Shown here piece by piece: positions 47,836-57,500 of a stretch of DNA of 64,000 bases; positions within the stretch are counted from its first letter, which is position 1, and every line of letters starts with the position of its first letter. Under the pieces are notes generated by a model. It was not told where the DNA came from and made no database searches. It saw nothing but the letters and a program-made list of their open reading frames with translations. Source of the stretch: Chthoniobacteraceae bacterium. GTDB lineage: Bacteria; Verrucomicrobiota; Verrucomicrobiia; Chthoniobacterales; Chthoniobacteraceae. Where the stretch lies: the NCBI GenBank assembly GCA_031409655.1, contig JANNXQ010000107.1, forward strand, positions 64,001 to 128,000, written 5' to 3'. A program made the translations under genes and the position numbers.

Positions 47836-49179
47836 TCACTGCTGGGGCGGGCGACGCCCCGGCGGACGTTTGCGCGGCTCGAACTTTCCAGACTCCAGCG
47901 CGGCGCATTTCTGCTCGCCGAGGCCGGCGCGGACGTGGGCCTTCAGCTCGGCGAGGAGCTGCGCGGTGATGGCAGACTTTCCCATCGCGAGATTGTTACG
48001 TTCACCGAGGTCGGTGGAGAGGTCGTAGAGGAAATCTTCCTTGGTATCCCAGTAGTGCAGGAGCTTGAGGTTGCCCTTGCGCAGCGCGGTCTGCGGGTGC
48101 TCGATCTCCACGTCGTGATGCCAGACGAGGCGGTCGATGGGGCGCTGCACTTTGCCAGTGCCGCCATTCAACAAGACAGGCTTCCAGCTTCCACCTTCCA
48201 CACCCTTTGGCAGTGCAAAACCAGGCGCGGCGAAGTCGAGCACGGTGGGCAGGATGTCGTAGCCGATGGCCGGTTCGTTGCAGTAAGTGCCGCCGCGGAT
48301 GCCCGGTCCCTGAACGATGAGTGGGACGCGGATGCCGCCTTCGTCGCAGAGGGCCTTGCCGCCCTTGAGCGCCTCGGAGCGCCCGCCATTGTCGGACGAA
48401 TAGATGACGTAAGTGTTCTTCGCGATGCCGAGCGCCTGGAGTTCCTTGAGCAGGACGCCGATGCAGGTGTCGAGATCTTCAGTCATCGCGGCGACGATCG
48501 GTCCCCCACCCTTGCCGCGTCCGCCGCCACCGCCCGCGCCCTCGTATTTCTTCAGCGTGGCGGCGAGGGCCTGCGGCTGCTGATGCACGGCGTAGTAGGA
48601 GATCTGGAGGTAAAAGGGGCGCCCCTCCTTCACCTGCTTTTCCATGTAATCCTGCGCGCGGCGGGTGAGGCCGAAGGATTGTTTCGGGTCCTCGGGATCG
48701 CGCGAGTCGCCGTCCTCATTCATCGTGATCCCGTCACTCGCGTCATAGCCCATGGACTCGGGTGTCTGCGCCCACTGCCATTTGCCGAAGTGCGCGGCGC
48801 GGTAGGCGGGGTTGGCGCGCTTCAGCGTATTCGCGAGTGAGTCGCTCGCGGGCGCGTTCCAGGTGCGGGATTGTTTGGTGACGGCGTTCAGGCTGGTGGT
48901 GCTGCGGCCCATGAGCAAAGCGGCGCGCGAACATTCACACTTCGGGTGGCTGGCGTAGCCCTGCGAGAAGACCATCCCCTGCGCGGCGAGGCGGTCGAGA
49001 TTCGTCATCTGGAATCCGGCAGTGCGGCTGAAGTCCTTACCCGGCATCATCGGCACCGATGTGCCGCTCCAGCCCTGGTCATCGACGAAAATGAAGAGGA
49101 AATTCGGAGCAGGCGTCGCTGCCAGCGCGCGAACCAAACCAAGGATCGCAAAGACGATCAGGAAGATTTGGCGTTTCAT
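47836..49179 (-). CDS. Sulfatase-family protein
   Basis: PNFLFIFVDDQG, CECSRAALLMG, GKW, SDNG, EGGIRVP. Confidence 0.9.
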   Translation of the reverse strand: MKRQIFLIVFAILGLVRALAATPAPNFLFIFVDDQGWSGTSVPMMPGKDFSRTAGFQMTNLDRLAAQGMVFSQGYASHPKCECSRAALLMGRSTTSLNAVTKQSRTWNAPASDSLANTLKRANPAYRAAHFGKWQWAQTPESMGYDASDGITMNEDGDSRDPEDPKQSFGLTRRAQDYMEKQVKEGRPFYLQISYYAVHQQPQALAATLKKYEGAGGGGGRGKGGGPIVAAMTEDLDTCIGVLLKELQALGIAKNTYVIYSSDNGGRSEALKGGKALCDEGGIRVPLIVQGPGIRGGTYCNEPAIGYDILPTVLDFAAPGFALPKGVEGGSWKPVLLNGGTGKVQRPIDRLVWHHDVEIEHPQTALRKGNLKLLHYWDTKEDFLYDLSTDLGERNNLAMGKSAITAQLLAELKAHVRAGLGEQKCAALESGKFEPRKRPPGRRPPQQ

Positions 49180-49901
49180 CGGGTGAAGTAGCGATGGCTC
49201 TCAGCGAATGGGCGAGCTCGAAACATCAAGATCGGGCTTCTCGATTTTCGTGCGGAAGATGACCGTGTTGTAAAGGTCCAGTTCCTCGGTCCAGATGAAC
49301 TTCGCGCCTTTGAAATCCGCCTCGAAGTAAGGCTGCTTCGGGTTGATGCGCTCCTCGGTGTATTCGGTCGAGGTGGACGCCGATCGTCCGCACCGGCACC
49401 ACCTTCGCGGCGCGGTGGACGCTGGCCTTCCTCGGATGCGCCCCCGCTGCGCGTGTAAACGACATTGAGCGACGAACTGGCGAGCATCATGTCTTTCATC
49501 GCCGCGAGCAGGACTTCGCGATTCACTCCGCGCGGCGACTGCGTGATCTGCAACGGCGACGAGAGTGGATAGACGGTGCCCACCATCATGTTGTGCGAGG
49601 GCAGGTCGTTGCTTTCCACATAAAGGAACTTTTCATCCCACCGCACGTTCACCTTCGGCGCGAACGCCTCGAACGGCACCGCTTGCGACGGTCGGTTCGC
49701 CCGCACTGCACGCGCGCCGGTCGCGGCGCAATTCTGCGTAACCGTCCCTTGCTTGAACAGAGGCTCCGGCGGCTTCAAGGTCCGATCGTAGCTTTGATGC
49801 GGGTCGTCGCTCGCGAGGTCGTGCCCGATGGCGGATTCCGAAAGGCCCAGTGAAAAACCGAGCGCAGTGCGAAGCCGCAGGTGTGGGAGTAGGGGTTTCA
49901 T
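49176..49901 (-). pseudogene. Deletion mosaic of YHYH-protein N-terminus, YbhB/PEBP-like C-terminus and a third fragment
   Basis: RWDEKFLYVESNDLPSHNMMVG fused to VYPLSSP..REVLLAAMKD..LNVVYTR; out-of-frame EERINPKQPYF..YNTVIFRTKIEKP. Confidence 0.55.
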
Positions 49902-49935
49902 ATCGCTAAGGAGTAAGGGGATTGTCAGCGCACCG

Positions 49936-52900
49936 TCATCGAGTGGCGTCAAAATTGTCAGCGTTTGGTGAGGTTTCGCGCACCGGCATCGGATGCAGAT
50001 CCCTTCCCCGGAGCCAAAGGAAGATGACCGGCGTGACGATGAGAATGTGGAGGAGGCTGCTGAGCATTCCGCCGATGACGGGCGTGGCGAGGGGCTTCAT
50101 CACTTCCGAGCCGGTGCGATGACTCCACATGATGGGAAGAAGACTGGCGACGATGGTGGCGACGGTCATCACTTTTGGGCGCAGGCGCAGGCGCGCGCCT
50201 TCTTTCACGGCGGCGATGAGATCCGAGTGGGCGAAGGCTGCGCCGAGTTGCTGGCGCTTTCGCTGCACGGCTTCTTCGAGATACACGACCATGACCACGG
50301 CGGTCTGGATCGCGGTGCCGAACAGCGCGATGTAGCCGACCCACACGGCGACGCTGAAATGCCAGCCGAGTGCGTATTGCAAAAACACGCCGCCGCTCAG
50401 TGCGAAAGGCACGGCGAGGAGGACGTGCGCGGCTTCGCGGGCTTTGCCGTAGAGCAGGTGGAGCAGCAGGAAGATGATGAAGAGCACGCTGGGCACGATC
50501 CACTTCAGCGTCTGCGCGGCGCGGATCTGGTTTTCGTATTCGCCGCTGTATTCGACGGTCATGCCTTGCGCGGCGAGTTGCGGGGCGATGTCGCGCTGCA
50601 CGCGCGTCTTCACTTCCTCGACGAAGCTGCCGAGGTCGCGTCCGTTCACGTTCGCCTGCACGTAGGCGCGGAGGCGGCCGTTCTCGCTCGCGATTTCGTT
50701 GGGTCCTTCGACGCGCTGGATGTCTGCGAGCTGGCCGAGGGGGATGACTTTCCCTGGCTTGCCGTCGGGGCCGGGCGGCGCGGTGACGAGCACGTCCTTC
50801 AATCGCGTGAGGTCTTCGCGTTCGCTGCGTTCGAGGCGCACTTGGATCGGGGTGCGATTGCGGCCCTCGATCGTGGTCGCGACGGTCTTCCCGCCGAGGC
50901 CGACTTCCACGACGTCGAGGACATCCTGCGCGCGCATGCCGTAGCGGATCATCGCGTCGCGGTTTACGCGGATTTCGAGGTAAGGCTTGCCCTGGATGCG
51001 GCTGGGCGCGACGCCGGTGGCTCCCGGGATTTCCTGCACGATGCGCTGCACGTCGAACGCGGCCTGCTGGAGCTTGCGCAGATCGTCGCCGAGAATTTTT
51101 ACGCCGAGCTGTGAGCGGATGCCGGTGAAAATCATCAGCACTCGCCCTTCGATGGGTTGCAGGAAACCCGGCACGGAGCCTGGAACCTGACGCAGTGCAT
51201 CCATCATTTCGGCGATGAGCTTTTGCTTCGTCATGCCGAGACGCCACTCGCTCTCGGGCTTCAGCATGATCGTCGTCTCGATCATCTCGGTCGGCGCGGG
51301 ATCGGTCGCGGTGTCGGCGCGGCCGAGTTTGCCGACGGCGGAGCGCACTTCCGGGAAACTCGCGAGGACTTGATCCTGCCAGGCCATCACGCGCTTCACT
51401 TCCGTGAGCGCGGTGGCGGGCACGAGGCTGGGCATGAAGAGCAGGCTGCCTTCATTGAGCGGCGGCATGAATTCGGTGCCCATGCGCGGGATGAGCGCAA
51501 GCGCGGCTGCGAGGATGATCGCTGCCCCGGCGAGCACGGTCTTGCGATGGCTCAATGCGAAATCGAGCACGGGGTCATACAGCTTCAGGAGGAAGCGCAT
51601 GACGATGTTGCGCTCCTCGGAACGGAACGGACCGCGCACCAGCCAGGTGCAAAGCACCGGCACGATCGTCATCGCGAGCAGCGTGGAGCCGATCATCGCG
51701 AAGGTCTTCGTAAACGCGAGCGGGCGGAACATTTTCCCCTCCTGCCCGGTCAGCGCGAACACCGGCACAAACGCGAGGATGATGATGGCCATCGCGAAGA
51801 AGATGGGCCGGCCGACTTGCTTCGCGGCGTGGAGGACGACATCCGGGTAGCACACGCGTCTCGCGTGTTGGTCGAGGCGTCCCGCCTCGACGGACTTCCC
51901 TGCGCTTTCGATATCGGTGGGTGCTTCGTGAGTGTGAACGCATTCGGAAGTTCGCGAAGGCGAGACGCCTTCGCCAACACGCGAGACGCGTGTGCTACCC
52001 GGAACCCCGCGCTCTGCTTCTTCGCAGCGGCGGATGACATTTTCCGTGAGCACGATGGCCGCATCCACCAGCACGCCGATGGCGATGGCGATGCCGGCGA
52101 GGCTCATGATGTTCGATGTGATGCCGAACTCCCGCATGAGGATGAACGAAATCAAAATGCTCACCGGCAGCGGCAGCGTGACGATGAGGATGCTGCGGAA
52201 GTGGAACAGGAAGATGATGTGCGCAAGCGTCACGAGCAGGATCTCCTCGGTGAGCGCGCGCTTCAGCGTGCCGATGGTGCGGTCGATGAGTTCGCTGCGA
52301 TCGTAGAAGGCTTTGATCACCACTCCCGGCGGGAGGCTCGACGAGAGCTGCGCGATCTTTGCCTTCACGCGCGTGATGACGTCGCGGGCGTTTTCACCCG
52401 TGCGCATCACGACGGTGCCGCCGACGACTTCGTGGCCATCCACATCGAGCGTGCCGCGGCGGAAGTCGCCGCCGAGTTCGATGCGCGCCACGTCTCTCAG
52501 GCAGATGGCCGCGCCGTCCTTCTCCATCAGCACGATCTTTCCGAGGTCCTCGGCACTCTCGATCAAGCCCACGCCGCGCACCACGAACTCCATGCCGCTT
52601 TCCTCGATGGTCTTGCCGCCGACGTTTAGATTCGAGCGCCCGACAGCCATCATCACCATGTCCAGCGACACGCCGACGGCGCGCATTTTCTGCGAGTCCA
52701 CCTCGATCTGATACTGCCGCACGAAGCCGCCGACGCTGCCGACTTCGGCGACGCCGGGCACGGAGTTGAGCTGGTAACGGATGAACCAATCCTGCAACGA
52801 ACGCAGCTCGCCGAGGTCGTAGCCGCGGCCGTTGGGCGACTTTGTCTGATCGACTTCGAGGTAGTATTGATACACCCAGCCGAGGCCGGTGGCGTCGGGT

Positions 52901-53289
52901 CCGAGCTTGGCGACCACGCCCGCGGGTAGCGCGCCGTCGAGGAAGTTCAGCCGCTCCAGAATGCGCTGCCGGGCGGCGGAATTCTCGACGTCTTCCTCAA
53001 AGATGACCGTGATCAGCGAGAAGCCGAACATGCTCGTCGCGCGCACCGTCTTCACGCCCCCGAGTCCCTGCAAATTCACCGACAGCGGATACGTGACCTG
53101 ATCCTCGACCTCCTTCGGACTGCGACCCATCCAGTCGGCGAACACGATGACCTGGTTTTCGCTCAGGTCCGGGATCGCATCGACGGGCGTGTGCTTGAGC
53201 GCGCGGATGCCGAACGCGATCAGGAACAGCGTGGCGCACGCGACGAGGAAACGATTCCTCAGCGACCACGTGATGAGGGCGTTGATCAC
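49936..53289 (-). CDS. cusA: CusA/CzcA heavy-metal RND efflux permease
   Basis: DAIPDLSENQVIV, LGPDATGLGW, AIGVLVDAAIV, RLRPKVMT; contains ~54-codon insertion. Confidence 0.92.
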   Translation of the reverse strand: MINALITWSLRNRFLVACATLFLIAFGIRALKHTPVDAIPDLSENQVIVFADWMGRSPKEVEDQVTYPLSVNLQGLGGVKTVRATSMFGFSLITVIFEEDVENSAARQRILERLNFLDGALPAGVVAKLGPDATGLGWVYQYYLEVDQTKSPNGRGYDLGELRSLQDWFIRYQLNSVPGVAEVGSVGGFVRQYQIEVDSQKMRAVGVSLDMVMMAVGRSNLNVGGKTIEESGMEFVVRGVGLIESAEDLGKIVLMEKDGAAICLRDVARIELGGDFRRGTLDVDGHEVVGGTVVMRTGENARDVITRVKAKIAQLSSSLPPGVVIKAFYDRSELIDRTIGTLKRALTEEILLVTLAHIIFLFHFRSILIVTLPLPVSILISFILMREFGITSNIMSLAGIAIAIGVLVDAAIVLTENVIRRCEEAERGVPGSTRVSRVGEGVSPSRTSECVHTHEAPTDIESAGKSVEAGRLDQHARRVCYPDVVLHAAKQVGRPIFFAMAIIILAFVPVFALTGQEGKMFRPLAFTKTFAMIGSTLLAMTIVPVLCTWLVRGPFRSEERNIVMRFLLKLYDPVLDFALSHRKTVLAGAAIILAAALALIPRMGTEFMPPLNEGSLLFMPSLVPATALTEVKRVMAWQDQVLASFPEVRSAVGKLGRADTATDPAPTEMIETTIMLKPESEWRLGMTKQKLIAEMMDALRQVPGSVPGFLQPIEGRVLMIFTGIRSQLGVKILGDDLRKLQQAAFDVQRIVQEIPGATGVAPSRIQGKPYLEIRVNRDAMIRYGMRAQDVLDVVEVGLGGKTVATTIEGRNRTPIQVRLERSEREDLTRLKDVLVTAPPGPDGKPGKVIPLGQLADIQRVEGPNEIASENGRLRAYVQANVNGRDLGSFVEEVKTRVQRDIAPQLAAQGMTVEYSGEYENQIRAAQTLKWIVPSVLFIIFLLLHLLYGKAREAAHVLLAVPFALSGGVFLQYALGWHFSVAVWVGYIALFGTAIQTAVVMVVYLEEAVQRKRQQLGAAFAHSDLIAAVKEGARLRLRPKVMTVATIVASLLPIMWSHRTGSEVMKPLATPVIGGMLSSLLHILIVTPVIFLWLRGRDLHPMPVRETSPNADNFDATR
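51842..52003. repeat. GTAG-type REP doublet, 30-bp perfect inverted repeats, in frame within cusA
   Basis: TCCGGGTAGCACACGCGTCTCGCGTGTTGG at 51842-51871, reverse complement at 51974-52003; span 162 bp. Confidence 0.9.
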
Positions 53290-54503
53290 GGCTTCGCCTC
53301 TGCTCCGCCGTCTTGCAGTGCGCTATCGAGCTGCGCCTGCCCGTCGATGAGCATGTTGCCCGATAGCACGACGCGCTCGCCTTCCTTCAGTCCATCGAGC
53401 ACTTCCCACAAGGCATCGCCTGCGCGACCGAGTTTCACGACCCGCTGCTCGTAAGCGCCGGGCGCCTGCTCGACATACACGCGCGGCTGCGCGCCTCGCC
53501 ACAGCACGGCGCTGCGCGGGATGGTCACGACTTCCGGCGCTTCGAGTTCGACGGTTCCCTCGGCGAACGTCTTGTTTTTGATGCGACGCTCGGGGTTTTC
53601 CAACACCACGCGCACCATTGCCGAGTGATTCATTTCATCGAGCGTCGGGTCGATGGATGCGACGCGGGCTTTCAGCGTCTGCCCTGGGAGGCTCGGGGTG
53701 TTCAAGCTGACGATCTGGCCGACTTTGAGAAAAGGCAGGTCCTGCTCGTAGGCGCTGAACATGAACCACATCTTCGTGAAATCCGCGACTTCGAAGAGCC
53801 TGTCGCCCTCCTTCACATACTGGCCTTCGCTCACGTAGCTCTTCACGATGGTGCCGGTGAGCGGCGCGAGGATGCCAAAGTAGAGATCGTCCGGCTGACG
53901 CGTGGGGATCGCGTTAATCTGCTCCCACACGAGGCCGTATTGCTCCAGCCGGCGCTTGGCTTGTTCGAGCGGGGCGCCGCCCTGCTCGATCGCGAGTTTG
54001 TAGTCACTGGCCGCGGCCAGCAGCGTGCGGCTAAAGATGGTGACGAGCGGTTGTCTGCGCGTGACCTGCTGTCCCGGATGGTTCATCGCGAGTCCGTCGA
54101 TGCGGCCCTCCACCGGCGCGCTGATGATCCCATGTCGCGACTCGTCTTCGCCGATCATCCCCGCCACACGAAGTGTGCGGACGAGCGGCTGTCTTTTCAC
54201 TTCCGCGGTCTTCACGCCGACGACATTCGGACTCCCGGGTGGCAGCATGACAACGTCGCTCGCAGCGTGATCAAAGTTCTTCCCGCCCTCGTAAACGGGC
54301 ACAAGATCCATCCCGCAAACGGTGCATTGCCCCGGCTTGTCCGATTTCACCCACGGGTGCATCGGACTCTGGTAGATCAGGATTTTTCGCCCTTCCGTCC
54401 CCTCGTCTTTCGATGGAGCGCCAGCCGGATGCCGGAAGTGGAGCGCGCCATACCAGCCGCACGCCGCGGCGATTGCGGCGATGAGAAAGTAGGCGGGTTT
54501 CAT
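53286..54503 (-). CDS. cusB: CusB-type RND membrane fusion protein
   Basis: YQSPMHP..PGQCTVCGMDL metal-binding domain; APLTG, EGQYV, GLKEGERVV. Confidence 0.9.
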   Translation of the reverse strand: MKPAYFLIAAIAAACGWYGALHFRHPAGAPSKDEGTEGRKILIYQSPMHPWVKSDKPGQCTVCGMDLVPVYEGGKNFDHAASDVVMLPPGSPNVVGVKTAEVKRQPLVRTLRVAGMIGEDESRHGIISAPVEGRIDGLAMNHPGQQVTRRQPLVTIFSRTLLAAASDYKLAIEQGGAPLEQAKRRLEQYGLVWEQINAIPTRQPDDLYFGILAPLTGTIVKSYVSEGQYVKEGDRLFEVADFTKMWFMFSAYEQDLPFLKVGQIVSLNTPSLPGQTLKARVASIDPTLDEMNHSAMVRVVLENPERRIKNKTFAEGTVELEAPEVVTIPRSAVLWRGAQPRVYVEQAPGAYEQRVVKLGRAGDALWEVLDGLKEGERVVLSGNMLIDGQAQLDSALQDGGAEAKP

Positions 54504-54565
54504 GAATCAGAATTACCGCGCCATTCTTAAGCACGGGCCGAGGCGTGCAACGCCATTCGGGTGGC

Positions 54566-57500
54566 TTACGGAATCGTGGGGATTGTCACGCGGTAAAAAC
54601 CCCGTGCCTGTCCGAGTCGCGTGGGATCCGTCTCGATGAAGGTCGCCGAACTGCCATCGCTGGTCACCGATCCAATATCCGTCCAGCTTCCGGTCGTCAT
54701 ATTCGGGGAATACTGGAGGGTGTAAGTCGTCCCGGGCGTGGCTTTGAAGTCGAGTTGGATCAGGCTGTTGTCACCCGTGCGGGTGAAGCTCGCGATGGCG
54801 AGATCCTCGATGGCGTTGTTGACCACGAGGAACTGTCCCATCAGTCCCTCGTCCTCGTGGTTGGAGAAGTGGCAGTGATACATGAAGGGATTGGTGTTGC
54901 TGGCGAAGCCGTCGAACTTTGCAATGAAGGTTACGGTTTGAAGCCGCCCAATGAACAAGGTATCCTTCCAGCCCGCCTCAAAAGCCTTGAGGCCAGTATT
55001 GCTCCCACCAGTCCGCCCGGTCATGTGGAATTGAATGTCGTGGATGTGAAACGAGTGACTGAAGGCCGAGTTATTCGTGATCGTCCATCGCTCGACCGCG
55101 TCGAGGTTCAGTGTCTGATTGATGACCGAGGGCGAGAATGGGAGGTTGTCGAATCCCCAATCCGTGGCGCCGTTGAAGCCTCCGGTGATTTGCAGTGCGC
55201 GATCGTTGGTCACATCGGTGCCGGTCCAAAACGCATTGGTCTTGAGGGTCGTGGGCCGGGTCGTCACGGGATTCGCGGTCGCCGGGCCTACGTTGATGCG
55301 GAGGATGCTGAAGGTCGTATTGTTTAACTGACTGCCAAACTGCCCGACCGTGGTTGGCTCGCTGCCGGGGAAGTCCACGGTCTGGCCTGAATTGAAGGCC
55401 TGTAAGTCCAGCGTCGATCCCTCGGTCGCTCCGGTGAGATCGACGAGAATCTCCGCTCGTTCACCGACCGCGAGCACCAGGCGCGTCAGCGGAATCGGTG
55501 CGTTCACGAGCCCGCCATCCGTTGCGATCTGATAGAAAGTGCGGCCATCGCTGAAGCCGAGGTTGTAGCTGCGCTCGATCTCGGCGTTCAAAATCCGCAA
55601 CCGGACATATTGCCGCGGCAGGGTGACCTGCGGGTTCATCGTTCCATTGACCACCATGTAGTCGCCGTAGGCCGAGTTGGCGGTGGCAAACTGATTGGTA
55701 TTTCCGCCCGCTGTCAAAAAGCGGCGGCTGGTGAGGGCGAGCGGAATGTCGTCCACCCCATAGGTGCGTGGAAGGCTGAGCGCGGCCTCCTCTGGATCAC
55801 GGATGATGATCAGGCCGCCGCCGCCGCGCGTGAGCTGCTGCTGCGTGAACTCATGCAGATGCGGATGATACCAGTAGAGGCCGGGATTATTATCCACCTT
55901 GAAGCTCGGCCTCCAGGTGGTGCCAGCGGGGATCGTCTGGTGCGGACCACCGTCCATGATCGCGGGGATGTGAAATCCGTGCCAGTGCGTGGTCGTGGTG
56001 TCGGCTAGGTTGTTGGTGACATTCATCTGCACCCAGTCGCCCTTGTCCATGATGAGCGTCGGACCCCAGAACAGCATGTTGTTGTAGGCGTAGGTGTTTG
56101 TGGCCACGCCGGGGAGGAACTGCTTTGTCGCGGTGTGCAGATTCAGATCGAACGTGGTGCCGGTCATCACCTCGGGGATGATGAGCGGGTTGTAGGTCTG
56201 CGCAGCGGTGAGCGTGACGAGGACGGGTGCAGTAGTCTTTACATTGCCCGCGCCGTCGTAGGCTACGGCAGTAATGCCATTCGTGCCGAAGCCGAGCGGC
56301 ACGGTGATGTTCCAGTTCGCGAAGCCATTCACGGTGCTCGCGGTGACGCCGTTTACGGTCATTTTGCTGATGCCCGAGATCGCGTCGGAACTGGTGCCGG
56401 TAACGGTGATCGTATTTGTGGCCGTCGAGGTGCCCGATGCCGGCGAAGTGATCGCGACGAGCGGCGCGCCGGTGTCCTGCGTGCTGGAGACGATGTTGCT
56501 GTAGAGCGACGAGCCGATGTTGTTCATGGCGAGGGCGCGATAGTAATACGTCACGCCGTTCGCGAGATTCGCGAAACTCCCGGTCGGGTTCGTGACGGTC
56601 TGCGACGCGAGCACCGTTCGGAAATCCGCAGTCGCCGAGATCTGCAGGGTGTAGCTTGTCGCCCCGGTCACGGCACTCCACGCGATCGTCTTCGACGCGC
56701 CCTGGCTGTAGGCCGGAAGCGCGGCGAGCACGGGCATAGCCGGCGGCGTACTGGAGTTCACCGTGAGGTTGACGGCGCGAGTGGTGTTTCCCGCGCCACT
56801 CGTGCTGTTGTTGAAGGTGATGGTGTCACTGTAGCCGCCGACGGCGAGTGTGTTGGCCGCTGCATTGATGCTGGCGGCGACGGTGGTGTTCGCACCCGCA
56901 GCGAGCGAGCCGCTGGTGCTGGAAAGGCTCAGCCACGACTGCGTTTTGCCCGCGATCCAGCTCATCGTGCCCGTGCCGTTATTGGTGAGCGTGTAGGTGA
57001 TGCTCGATGGCGTGAAGGTCCCACTGCCTGCCGCGCCCGCAGCGGAAAGCGTTGTCGCTGGCGTGACCGCAAGCACCGGCGCGGCGGTGCCGACCGTGTA
57101 GCTGCCGCTGGCCGTCGTGGTGCCGCCGAGGCTGTCCGTCGCGGTGATCGTGTAGCTCACGTTTGCGCCGGCGGATTGGAGCGGGATCGTCGCGCCATAC
57201 ACGCCATCGCCTGCCGCCCCATCGCCGTGCAATCCATCATCAAACATGGTGACGCTCTGCGGTGCCGCGCCCGTCGTGAGCGTCAGGCTGATGTCGTCGA
57301 TGTCACACGTCGGGTTTCGCGCGGGCTGCGTGGCCGTGCTGCCGCTCCATTGGAAGCGGAACTTCAAAGTCGAAGTCAGCTCACCAGCGCCAAAGTCATA
57401 GTGCTTCGACTGAAAGCCGTGATTGATCGAAGCTAGCGTCACACCGCTCGCCGATACGAAGTTCGCCGTGCTCAGCGTGAAGGACACGTTTGGATTGATC

